DNA of 37,272 nucleotides from Candidatus Woesearchaeota archaeon (GCA_964467335.1 CAYXPX010000001.1:12320-49591); one strand, 5' to 3'. Positions 25,403 through 33,421 are shown, numbered from the stretch's first letter. The notes: generated from the letters alone by a model not told the origin. Translations and numbers: made by a program.

Positions 25403-27673
25403 TTAGCTTAGCACCTCTCTTATTATTCTTGCAACATTAATCTTCCCGCCCTCTGTTTTTGAAACATCAAGGCCATCCTCGCCGTATAAAAATTGGATGA
25501 TATTCTGCTCAGCATCTCTCACAGTAGAATCATATTCCACTTTTATGTCCTGCAGTGCGCTTGACAGTCTCCTGTAAAGATATCCTGATTTTGGAGTTCT
25601 TAAGGCAGTGTCCATAAGTGAGTCTCTTCCTGTCATTGCGTGCATAAAATATTCCTCAGGTGAAAGCCCCTCTTTATATCCCCTTTTTATAAAACCCTTT
25701 GCCCTTGGGCTCAGGTCATTTTTTTGAAATATGCACAGTGTCCTGCCCCTGTATCCTATGTCAATCCTTTTTCCCCTTAATGCCTGTAAGCCGACGCATG
25801 CAGCCATCATGGAAAGATTCATGTTGCTCCCCTTTGCTCCTGAATTTGCCATGAGAATTGTGGAATTTTCCTCAAGGTCTGCTTCAGCAATAATTTCTCC
25901 AGTACGCTGCCTTGCCTTGTTCAGGACTTCCATGATTTTAATTTCAAGCGTATCCATCGTGCTTAGCCCCGGAAGGGCATCAAGTTGTTTTGATTTGTAT
26001 TGTTCAATAAGCTGGCTTACTCTTTTTTCAGCATTGTATATTGTCTCTTTGCATTTGTCAGATACTTCTTTCGGAAGGTCTGTATCGCTTATGGAAGTTG
26101 TAAATCCATGCCTGAGCAGCACTCCTATTCCAAGTCTGAAAATCTTTCCAAGTATATCAAGACCGACATCAGCACCGTACTTTGCATACACAGCTCTTAT
26201 CAAGTCTCCCTTGTCTTTTCCAATTGTTGCCTTGTCAATCACTCCTTCAGTTAAAAATCCATTCTTTACAACAACAGCCTCCTTTGATTTTGAATGGCCT
26301 ATGAAACTAAAGTCATCAGGCAGCAAAGCGCTGAAAATCTCCCTTCCGTCAGCTGTTTTTTTGAACTTTTCAAATCTTTCAGGCCTGAAAACTCCAACGC
26401 TGTGAAGAAGCTGTATCGCATCAGCCCTGTCCATCTTAATGTCCTTTGTTAGAATGTAATTGCCAGTAACAGCATCGTCGCTGCATCCAACAACATGGGT
26501 TTCATCAGTTATTTTTTTCTTTTTTCCGTCAGGCCTTATAACATAGTTGCTGCCTGGATATTTTTTTGGGCCGTTTTCCACAAATTTTTTTAGTCTCTTA
26601 AGATTCCATTCAGTAACCCTTTCAGGTGTAGTAAGCTCCATTGCAACAACAAGCGGGATGCCGACCTCATTAAGTTCTATTTTTGAGTCAGGACTTATGA
26701 CAGTTCTTGCAGCGTAATTAACTCTTTTGCCGGCAAGGTTGTGCCTGAATCTTCCCTCCTTGCTTTTTATCCTTTCAGTAAGTGTTCTTAATGCCTGCCC
26801 GCTCCTGTGCCTTGCAGGAGGAATTTGGCTTACCTCATTGTCAAAATAAGTTGTAATATGATACTGCAGTAAATCCCAAAGATCTTCTATAATAATCTCA
26901 GGTGCTCCTGCATTTATGTTTTCAAAAAGTCTCTGGTTTATTCTTACAATATCTCCAAGCTTGTGTGTCAGATCATCTTCACTCCTTTCGCCTGTTTCCA
27001 GCGTGATGCTCGGTCTTATTGTAACAGGAGGCACTGGAAGTATTGTTAAAACACCCCACTCAGGTCTTGCATATTCAGGATTCAGTCCGAGGAACGCAAT
27101 ATCACTATCGCTTACTCTCTCAAGTCTTGTCCTTATATCAATAAGGTTCAATCTCTTGTCGCCTTCAAGAAATGTAGTCGGCCTCTCAAGTTTTATATTT
27201 TCCTGCTTTGCACTGCAGTGCTGGCACTTTTTTATATTCTTAAGTGAATTTCTAATGCTTTTGGCCTGCTTTTGTGTAGATACTTCAACCTCAGGATTTT
27301 CTCCTGCATTTTCCTCTTCTACAGTTAGTCTTGCCTTGCTGTCAGCTAGAAGCTTTCCGCATTCTCTGCATGTGCATCTTAAAACTCCGAGTATTATATC
27401 AGCGTATTTAATATGTATCACAGGTCTTGCCAGATCAAAATATCCAAAATGCCCCATGCAGTCCCTCAAATTTCCTCCGCATGTTTTGCATCTTAAGCCG
27501 GGATCAATGACTCCAAGTCTCACATCCATCAGCCCGCCGTCAACAGGATAGCCCTCTCTGTCATAAAGTTCAGGTGTAACTATTTTCGCAACAGCCATCT
27601 TCTTTATCATTGTAGGTGAAAACATCCCGAAAATTATGCTGGTTATTTTTTTGTATACGTATGTTTCTGCCAT
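25403..27673 (-). CDS. rpoA1: DNA-directed RNA polymerase subunit A' (atypically short; active-site segment not found)
   Basis: Zn-ribbon/clamp motifs (CKTCGGNLRDCMGHFGY), LPVPPVTIRPS, EDDLTHKL, GKRVNYAARTVISPD, and funnel/cleft motifs (SGAKGS, MTGRDSLMDTALRTPKSGYLYRRL). The start is placed at ATG 27673. The NADFDGDEMN region is absent (see findings). Confidence 0.85.
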   Translation of the reverse strand: MAETYVYKKITSIIFGMFSPTMIKKMAVAKIVTPELYDREGYPVDGGLMDVRLGVIDPGLRCKTCGGNLRDCMGHFGYFDLARPVIHIKYADIILGVLRCTCRECGKLLADSKARLTVEEENAGENPEVEVSTQKQAKSIRNSLKNIKKCQHCSAKQENIKLERPTTFLEGDKRLNLIDIRTRLERVSDSDIAFLGLNPEYARPEWGVLTILPVPPVTIRPSITLETGERSEDDLTHKLGDIVRINQRLFENINAGAPEIIIEDLWDLLQYHITTYFDNEVSQIPPARHRSGQALRTLTERIKSKEGRFRHNLAGKRVNYAARTVISPDSKIELNEVGIPLVVAMELTTPERVTEWNLKRLKKFVENGPKKYPGSNYVIRPDGKKKKITDETHVVGCSDDAVTGNYILTKDIKMDRADAIQLLHSVGVFRPERFEKFKKTADGREIFSALLPDDFSFIGHSKSKEAVVVKNGFLTEGVIDKATIGKDKGDLIRAVYAKYGADVGLDILGKIFRLGIGVLLRHGFTTSISDTDLPKEVSDKCKETIYNAEKRVSQLIEQYKSKQLDALPGLSTMDTLEIKIMEVLNKARQRTGEIIAEADLEENSTILMANSGAKGSNMNLSMMAACVGLQALRGKRIDIGYRGRTLCIFQKNDLSPRAKGFIKRGYKEGLSPEEYFMHAMTGRDSLMDTALRTPKSGYLYRRLSSALQDIKVEYDSTVRDAEQNIIQFLYGEDGLDVSKTEGGKINVARIIREVLS

Positions 27674-27675
27674 TT

Positions 27676-28104
27676 TCAAACTCTTGCATAACCTCCGGCT
27701 GTATTTGGTCTGATTGTAACGATCTTGTGTGCTTCTGTGCCGCTGAATATTACTCTGCCTGAATTAAATAAAACAGATTCGATTCCTGCCAGATCTTCAA
27801 TAAGGCTCTGAGATAGAGAACTTAAAATTCTGTTGGCTAGTTCATCCTCAGTTGGAGTTTTTCTTTTGATTTTATCAGCAAATTTTAAAAAAGAAAAAAC
27901 ATCATCATGAGCTTCAAAAAGCCTTTCAGTTCCATAGATATAAGGCACAGAAAATGTAATGGTTTCCTCTCCGCGTGAAAGAGCAAGACCGTCAGCAGGA
28001 GGAAAAATAATAACCCCATAACTTGTTTCATGGCTGTCTTTCTCATCTAAGACAATATATGGAAATCCTCCAGCATCTCTTAGTTTATATTTAGGTAAAT
28101 TCAT
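27676..28104 (-). CDS. hypothetical 142-aa protein embedded in the RNA polymerase operon
   Basis: The ATG at 28104 lies 1 nt after the rpoB' stop and 8 nt downstream of AAGGAG. Its TGA stop lies 2 nt before the rpoA' ATG. No family recognised. The ORF-track start at 28146 would overlap rpoB'. Confidence 0.55.
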   Translation of the reverse strand: MNLPKYKLRDAGGFPYIVLDEKDSHETSYGVIIFPPADGLALSRGEETITFSVPYIYGTERLFEAHDDVFSFLKFADKIKRKTPTEDELANRILSSLSQSLIEDLAGIESVLFNSGRVIFSGTEAHKIVTIRPNTAGGYARV

Positions 28105-28105
28105 T

Positions 28106-29908
28106 TTAATATCTCCTTCCCAGCACAAGTTTTGGATATAATCCAAGGGCCTTAAGCTCGTCTAGCAGTAGTTTGAATGCATAACTCATCTCAACAGCGC
28201 TTATCTTTGTGTTTCCTCCGCATTTTGTGCAGTGTTCCCTGTCTTTGTATGAATCATAAATTCCAAGAAGGCCGCAGCTTTCGCATACATAAACAAGAGT
28301 TCTGTCAGAGTCAAACCTTTCCTTCAATAATAAGGATGCACCACGCGAAACAAAGCAGTCCTTCTCCATCTCTCCAAGACTTAATCCTCCTCCCTGCGCC
28401 CTTCCCTCTATAGGTTGTCTTGTAAGCAGTTGTATCTTCCCGGTTGCCCTTGCATGCAGTTTATTGGCAACCATATGTTTGAGCCTCAGGTAATACATAT
28501 TCCCAACATAAATCTTTGCCTTTAATTCTCTCCCGTCAATGCCGCTGTAGACAGTCTCAAATCCATTGTCCCTGAATCCAAGTCCAAGCAGCATTTTTCT
28601 TAGCTCACTTTCAGGAACAGAATCAAAAGTTGTTCCGTCAATATATTCCCCGGATAAAGCGCCTGCCTTGCCTGCAATCACTTCTATAAGATGTGATATT
28701 GTCATTCTTGATGGAATTCCGTGCGGGCTGAATATAATATCAGGAGTTATTCCAGAGGCAGTAAAAGGCATGTCAGCAGGATTTACAAGCATGCCAACAA
28801 CTCCCTTTTGTCCGTGGCGCGAAGCAAACTTGTCTCCGATCTCAGGTATTCTCTGCTGCCTGAGTTTAACACGGACAATTCTGTTCCCCTCTTCATTCTC
28901 AGTAATTAAAGTCATGTCAACAATCCCATTTTCTCCATGGGTAAGCGCGACAGAGCTTTCTCTTTTTACATTTGTGGCAACATTAAATTCTTCAAACTCC
29001 CCCAAAAATCTTGGAGGGCTTACCTTTCCGATTAAGACATCATCCTCTTTTACTTTTGAGCTTGTAAAAACAATTCCGTCCTCCTCTAGCATGCGGTAAT
29101 CCTTTTCAGACTTGTAGCCTTTGACATCTTTGTCAGGTATGCATATCTCGTCAACAAGTCCTCCCTGGTATCTTACCTCTTCTGTGTTAAAAGGTTTGAA
29201 GTAAGTTGATCTTCCAAAACCTCTCTGTACACTGCCGAGATTTATTATGATTGCATCCTCCATGTTGTATCCTTCATAGCTCATCAGGGCAATCACAACA
29301 TTCTGTCCTGACGGATGTTTGTCCCAGTTGACAACAGGATGCATAAAAGTGTTTGTAACAGGCCTCTGCGGATAATATAAAACATTTACATCAGTGTCAA
29401 TTCTCATAAGGTAATTTGCTGCATAAACTCCAAGAGCCTGCTTTTGTATTTTGTTCCCTCTTATAAGTCTGGAGCTTCCGCCAAAGTTTGAATAAGGTAT
29501 CAGCGAAGTGCATAGTCCAAGAATGACTATTGGTGATATTTCAAGGTGGGTATGTTCTTTTGTTAATTCTTTTTCATCAAGTGCAATATAGCAGTTCTCC
29601 TCCTCTCCAGCATCAATGTATTCCATAATCCCGTCTTTCACAAGCTTTTCTATCTTAAGCGTGCCGTCCTCTATCCCCTTAATGTGCGCATCAGTCAAAA
29701 GAGGTTTGCTGTTTTCAACAACTATCAAAGGTCTTCTTGCCCTTCCCTTTGTGGTATCAACATAAAATTCATCATACTCCTCATCGTAAAAAAAATTAAC
29801 ATCCTGGTTTAATGAGCCCTTTCTTCTCTCATTCCTCAGCTGTTTGATAAATTCTTTTGAATTTTCTATAGTTCCTATGAATTTTTCATTTAAAAATACG
29901 TCTGTCAT
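28106..29908 (-). CDS. rpoB1: DNA-directed RNA polymerase subunit B' (C-terminal half of B)
   Basis: GDKFASRHGQKGVVG, DMPFTASGITPDIIFSPHGIPSRMTISHLIE, and the C-terminal Zn ribbon CESCG...CTKCGG. Confidence 0.92.
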   Translation of the reverse strand: MTDVFLNEKFIGTIENSKEFIKQLRNERRKGSLNQDVNFFYDEEYDEFYVDTTKGRARRPLIVVENSKPLLTDAHIKGIEDGTLKIEKLVKDGIMEYIDAGEEENCYIALDEKELTKEHTHLEISPIVILGLCTSLIPYSNFGGSSRLIRGNKIQKQALGVYAANYLMRIDTDVNVLYYPQRPVTNTFMHPVVNWDKHPSGQNVVIALMSYEGYNMEDAIIINLGSVQRGFGRSTYFKPFNTEEVRYQGGLVDEICIPDKDVKGYKSEKDYRMLEEDGIVFTSSKVKEDDVLIGKVSPPRFLGEFEEFNVATNVKRESSVALTHGENGIVDMTLITENEEGNRIVRVKLRQQRIPEIGDKFASRHGQKGVVGMLVNPADMPFTASGITPDIIFSPHGIPSRMTISHLIEVIAGKAGALSGEYIDGTTFDSVPESELRKMLLGLGFRDNGFETVYSGIDGRELKAKIYVGNMYYLRLKHMVANKLHARATGKIQLLTRQPIEGRAQGGGLSLGEMEKDCFVSRGASLLLKERFDSDRTLVYVCESCGLLGIYDSYKDREHCTKCGGNTKISAVEMSYAFKLLLDELKALGLYPKLVLGRRY

Positions 29909-29909
29909 T

Positions 29910-32903
29910 TTAAACTTTAGTTTTCACCCCGAGATTATCAAGTGTTTTTTTTACCTTTTCTTCCTGCGAGTCTCCCTTTGATGCAACACAAAGCAGTGCT
30001 ATATTTTTTCTTAAGCCTATTGGTGTTCCCTCAGGAGTCTCAATAGGGCAATTGTGGGTTATAAACCCATTAGCAATTAATGTATGAGTATTTTCTTTTG
30101 TGGTAAGGTCTCTGACGTCATCTATTTCCTGTGCGCTCTTTTGTATAATTCTCTCCCATACTGCCCCAGATTCCCCTAATTTCGAAGATTCCAGCCATTT
30201 AGTATACGATTGCAATAAATTTTGTGTATTTCGGGTTTTCTCATATATTTTTTGGTTAAATAACCACCCATTGATTACCCTATAATTTATTCCAAACCTT
30301 TCTGATATTCTTTTAGGTGTTAACCCATCTGAATATAATTCTTTGACATCATTCTTTAATTTTTTTCTTTGGTTTATCACCATTTCTCTTATTCTCAGCC
30401 ACTCGCCAATATAATTCGAGTTCATTTCCTTTTGTTTGCAGTATCTGTAACCTATAACATTTAGGGTTTTCTTTATATTATTGTAATCATTTGCAAATAT
30501 AATTTTGCATTTAAGCATAATTGCCTTGTCTTTTCTTATATAATCTTCAGCTAGTTCTATATTTTTTATTTTAACACCAAGATACATGAAAAGTTTTTTT
30601 ATATCTTCAGCAAATCTCTGTATATTATTTTTTAACTCTTTTCTCTTATGAAAAATAAAGTTCCCTAAATTTAATTTTTCTCCAGACAATCTTTCATTTC
30701 TTATTGATATCCTTGGCTTGGAACCATCACCGCCAAGCAAAGCAGCTAAAAATTCCCTTTTAACTGATAGGCTAGACTTAAATAACCATTTAGGAACATA
30801 CAACTCAGTGTCTGTTTTTCTGCCAACAGGAGCACCAGCACAAACCATTAAAGAATGTAACGCCCCGCCCTTGCTCAACATAAAAGTTCTATAATTCACC
30901 TCTCTATCAGACAATTTTATTTTAGTATCCTTTTGTATTATTTTGGACGGCTCAAACCCCAATAATCTTATATCATTAGCCACAGCCTCAGCATCATTCC
31001 TGCTGCCGCAATAAAATTCCAGGTTATACTTTCCACAATGCCCATCTGAAAATAAGTGGCCCATTAACCTTGCAATTATCTCAATTTTATAGTTGTTTGT
31101 AGTTAAGGGTAGCAATTCATTTGAATGCAGTTCTTTTATATCATGTTTAAATCTTTTTTGGTAATTTTTTTCAATATCGCTAACACTAACTATCATTTCT
31201 CCTAAATTTTCATTTGGTAATTCTGGAGTATTAATTTTATCAAGAGTAGGATAAACAGCAACATTATCTCCGACATTAAGTTTAGCAGCATCAATCCAGC
31301 CATGTTTTGTATAAAAAGGATGGTCCTGCGTGGCAAGTATCTCTCTTCCGCTTTCAGAAACCAATTTATAAACAGTTTTGCCCATTAATTTGGGATTTGA
31401 AGTATAATATTTGGATATACTTGATTTTATTAGTGCCTTATCTTTAATATTATATGTCAAAATCTTATGATGATTCCAGCAATTTTGCAGATTTTCTAGA
31501 GTTTTCGTTGAATATCCGTCTGCCAGCAAAACATTTGTATCCTTGCTCAAGCATAATCTTCCCCAATGCGTCGGATGCAGCGCCCTTGCCTCAAAATTTT
31601 CCTGCGTGCTTGTCAGCAGGGAAACAACCCTCTGGAGATGTGAATAAGTTGCAAGTATATTTGTTCTGTCAATATTTTGGCTGACTCCCTTTCTTCCGCC
31701 TGTCCATGTGCCTGTTGCAAGTGAACTCTTTATATTTGATGTAAGAAGCTCATCTCTTATTATTATTTTGATGCTCTGGAATTTTCCTCTCTTTACAAGC
31801 CTCTGGAAGTTATACAGTATATCCTGCACAAGGCTTCTAAGGTTTGTTCTTATAAGGTCCTCAAGTAAATCCCCTGCAAGCTTGAGTCTTTTGTTGGCAT
31901 AATGATCCTTGTCAGGCAGTGGAAGTCCGTCGCTGCTTGCCTGCAGAAATTTTCTTATCATTTTGCATAAGTTATATGCTTTTACAATCCTGTCTTTTGG
32001 CGAAGTTCCAACATGCGGCAAAAGATATCTGTCAAGCTGCTCTTTTGTTCTCTCATATTTTGCTTCCTTTGGCTGTGAAATTCCTGCCCTTTTTGAAAGA
32101 TATTCAAGTGCATCATCCTCTGTCTTTATGCCGGCTGAATCATATAAATTTATAAAAACAGAGTCATAGTTTTTTTCGGGGCAGATCATCTTTACTATCT
32201 CCTGATCCTTGGTCATTCCAAGTGCTTTTAGGATAGGGAAAAGTGGTATTCTCTTAAATCTTGTAAATGTTAAGTAAAAAATTCCATCCTTCATCTGCTC
32301 AATAGTATGGGGTATTCTGTAGCTTCCCATCTCTGAAAAAACCCTTGCAACATACTCGCTTGGTCCTATCTCTTTTTTTTCTATAAAAATGCGGTTTGAT
32401 GCAAGATCTTCAACAGTGACAAGAACTCTCTCATTTCCGTTTATCATAAAATATCCGCCAGGATCATCAGGATCCTCGCCTTTTGAAATAAGTTCCTCTC
32501 TCTTAAGTCCGTGAAGATGGCAGTATTTTGACCTGAGCATTATCGGAAGCTTTCCAATCATTGTAACAAAATTTTCTCTCTGTATGTCATCAACATATGC
32601 GCTGACCTCAAGAAACATCGGAGCAGAGTATGTCAGCATCCTGAGCCTTGCCTCTGATGGAAACACATCTCTTTTGCTGCCGTCAGCTTCAATTATTGTG
32701 GGTTTTTCTATCCATATTTTTTTTAATTTAATAACAAAGCTCTCAACTTCCTGGGGAATAATTGTAGGGGAAATATCTCCGACTTCATCCACAAGAATCT
32801 GAAGTCTTCTGTCAACAAAATCATTAAAGCTTTGTATATTCGCCTCTACAAAAGGATTTTCCTTAAAATATTGTTTGATAAGATTATGATATCCCTTAAC
32901 CAT
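29910..32903 (-). CDS. rpoB2: DNA-directed RNA polymerase subunit B'' (N-terminal half of B) interrupted by an intein
   Basis: 997 aa. Extein motifs GYFMINGNERVLV, HYANKRLKLAGDLL and HPTHWGRL / CPIETPEGTPIGLRKN flank a 501-aa insertion. The extein sums to 496 aa, a normal B'' size. Confidence 0.9.
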   Translation of the reverse strand: MVKGYHNLIKQYFKENPFVEANIQSFNDFVDRRLQILVDEVGDISPTIIPQEVESFVIKLKKIWIEKPTIIEADGSKRDVFPSEARLRMLTYSAPMFLEVSAYVDDIQRENFVTMIGKLPIMLRSKYCHLHGLKREELISKGEDPDDPGGYFMINGNERVLVTVEDLASNRIFIEKKEIGPSEYVARVFSEMGSYRIPHTIEQMKDGIFYLTFTRFKRIPLFPILKALGMTKDQEIVKMICPEKNYDSVFINLYDSAGIKTEDDALEYLSKRAGISQPKEAKYERTKEQLDRYLLPHVGTSPKDRIVKAYNLCKMIRKFLQASSDGLPLPDKDHYANKRLKLAGDLLEDLIRTNLRSLVQDILYNFQRLVKRGKFQSIKIIIRDELLTSNIKSSLATGTWTGGRKGVSQNIDRTNILATYSHLQRVVSLLTSTQENFEARALHPTHWGRLCLSKDTNVLLADGYSTKTLENLQNCWNHHKILTYNIKDKALIKSSISKYYTSNPKLMGKTVYKLVSESGREILATQDHPFYTKHGWIDAAKLNVGDNVAVYPTLDKINTPELPNENLGEMIVSVSDIEKNYQKRFKHDIKELHSNELLPLTTNNYKIEIIARLMGHLFSDGHCGKYNLEFYCGSRNDAEAVANDIRLLGFEPSKIIQKDTKIKLSDREVNYRTFMLSKGGALHSLMVCAGAPVGRKTDTELYVPKWLFKSSLSVKREFLAALLGGDGSKPRISIRNERLSGEKLNLGNFIFHKRKELKNNIQRFAEDIKKLFMYLGVKIKNIELAEDYIRKDKAIMLKCKIIFANDYNNIKKTLNVIGYRYCKQKEMNSNYIGEWLRIREMVINQRKKLKNDVKELYSDGLTPKRISERFGINYRVINGWLFNQKIYEKTRNTQNLLQSYTKWLESSKLGESGAVWERIIQKSAQEIDDVRDLTTKENTHTLIANGFITHNCPIETPEGTPIGLRKNIALLCVASKGDSQEEKVKKTLDNLGVKTKV
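30051..31553 (-). mobile_element. intein with double-motif LAGLIDADG homing endonuclease domain in RpoB''
   Basis: Begins with Cys (CLSKDTNVLLADG) right after HWGRL. Ends with THN followed by the +1 Cys (CPIETPEG). LAGLIDADG-type motifs are LMGHLFSDGH and FLAALLGGDGS. There is an HTH-like segment (LTPKRISERFGINYRVINGWL). Confidence 0.85.
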
Positions 32904-33138
32904 CTACCACCAGCCTGTAATAATCAGTTTCCTTTGCTGTATGACTTTTTCTTTTTATTAATATAACATCCCCTGCCTTCACTCCAAGATCTTTTATTGC
33001 AGGATCGCTTATTTTTATCATCGGAAGCTGCTTTTCAGAGATATTGAAGGTTTGTAACAGCTGTTCCTTCTGGTCTTTGGTAAGCTTTATGTGCTGGGGT
33101 ACCAGAAAATGCTGGTTAATTTGAAGTTGTTCAACCAT
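32896..33138 (-). CDS. rpoH: DNA-directed RNA polymerase subunit H
   Basis: 80 aa. HFLVPQHIKLTKDQKEQLL...QLPMIKISDPAIKDLGVKAGDVILIKRKSHTAKETDYYRLVV follows the Rpb5 C-domain pattern. It overlaps the rpoB'' start by 8 nt. Confidence 0.88.
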   Translation of the reverse strand: MVEQLQINQHFLVPQHIKLTKDQKEQLLQTFNISEKQLPMIKISDPAIKDLGVKAGDVILIKRKSHTAKETDYYRLVVDG

Positions 33139-33151
33139 TTTGTATTATTAT

Positions 33152-33293
33152 TGGGCCGGATGGGAAATGCACAAACAAACATTTCTGCTTAGTCTGTTTT
33201 GAACCCACGACCACCTGCTGTCTTCAGCCTGTTAAAAGGAACACCGCCAGTTTTAATTGGCTCAGGTGCTCTACCAAGCTGAGCTACCGGCCC
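33152..33293 (-). tRNA. tRNA gene with two intervening sequences, probably tRNA-Phe(GAA)
   Basis: The reverse complement reads GGGCCGG-TA-GCTC-AGCTTGGTA-GAGC-A-CCTGA-[34 nt]-CTGAAGA-CAGCAGG-TGGTC-GTGGG-TTCAAA-[32 nt]-T-CCCAT-CCGGCCC-A. The acceptor, D and T stems all pair. The loop CTGAAGA gives anticodon GAA (33223-33225). No CCA is encoded. The 3' strand of the anticodon stem is not canonical. Confidence 0.7.
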
Positions 33294-33421
33294 TAGCTGG
33301 GGTTATTAATCCCTCTAAAGTATGTGATAAATGCACTTATGATTACTTCTAGAAGGGACCATAAATTTTGGAAATTCCGTCTCTATTTAAAGCTAACGCT
33401 TTTTTGTAAGTTGTGTAGACA

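Noticed and set aside
28105-28146. Longer start (28146) for the ORF between rpoB' and rpoA'.
   Set aside because: It would overlap the rpoB' coding end by 41 nt. The internal ATG at 28104 has an AAGGAG at ideal spacing and follows the rpoB' stop by 1 nt.
33228-33261. Alternative reading of the tRNA as a class II (Leu/Ser) tRNA, with GCTGAAGACAGC as a long variable arm and the anticodon inside the 34-nt insert (ATTAAAA or CTTTTAA loops).
   Set aside because: The D arm (GCTC-AGCTTGGTA-GAGC) is of class I type. None of the candidate loops can be flanked by a 5-bp stem using CCTG(A). CTGAAGA is an exact Phe-type loop. This reading remains unresolved rather than firmly excluded.
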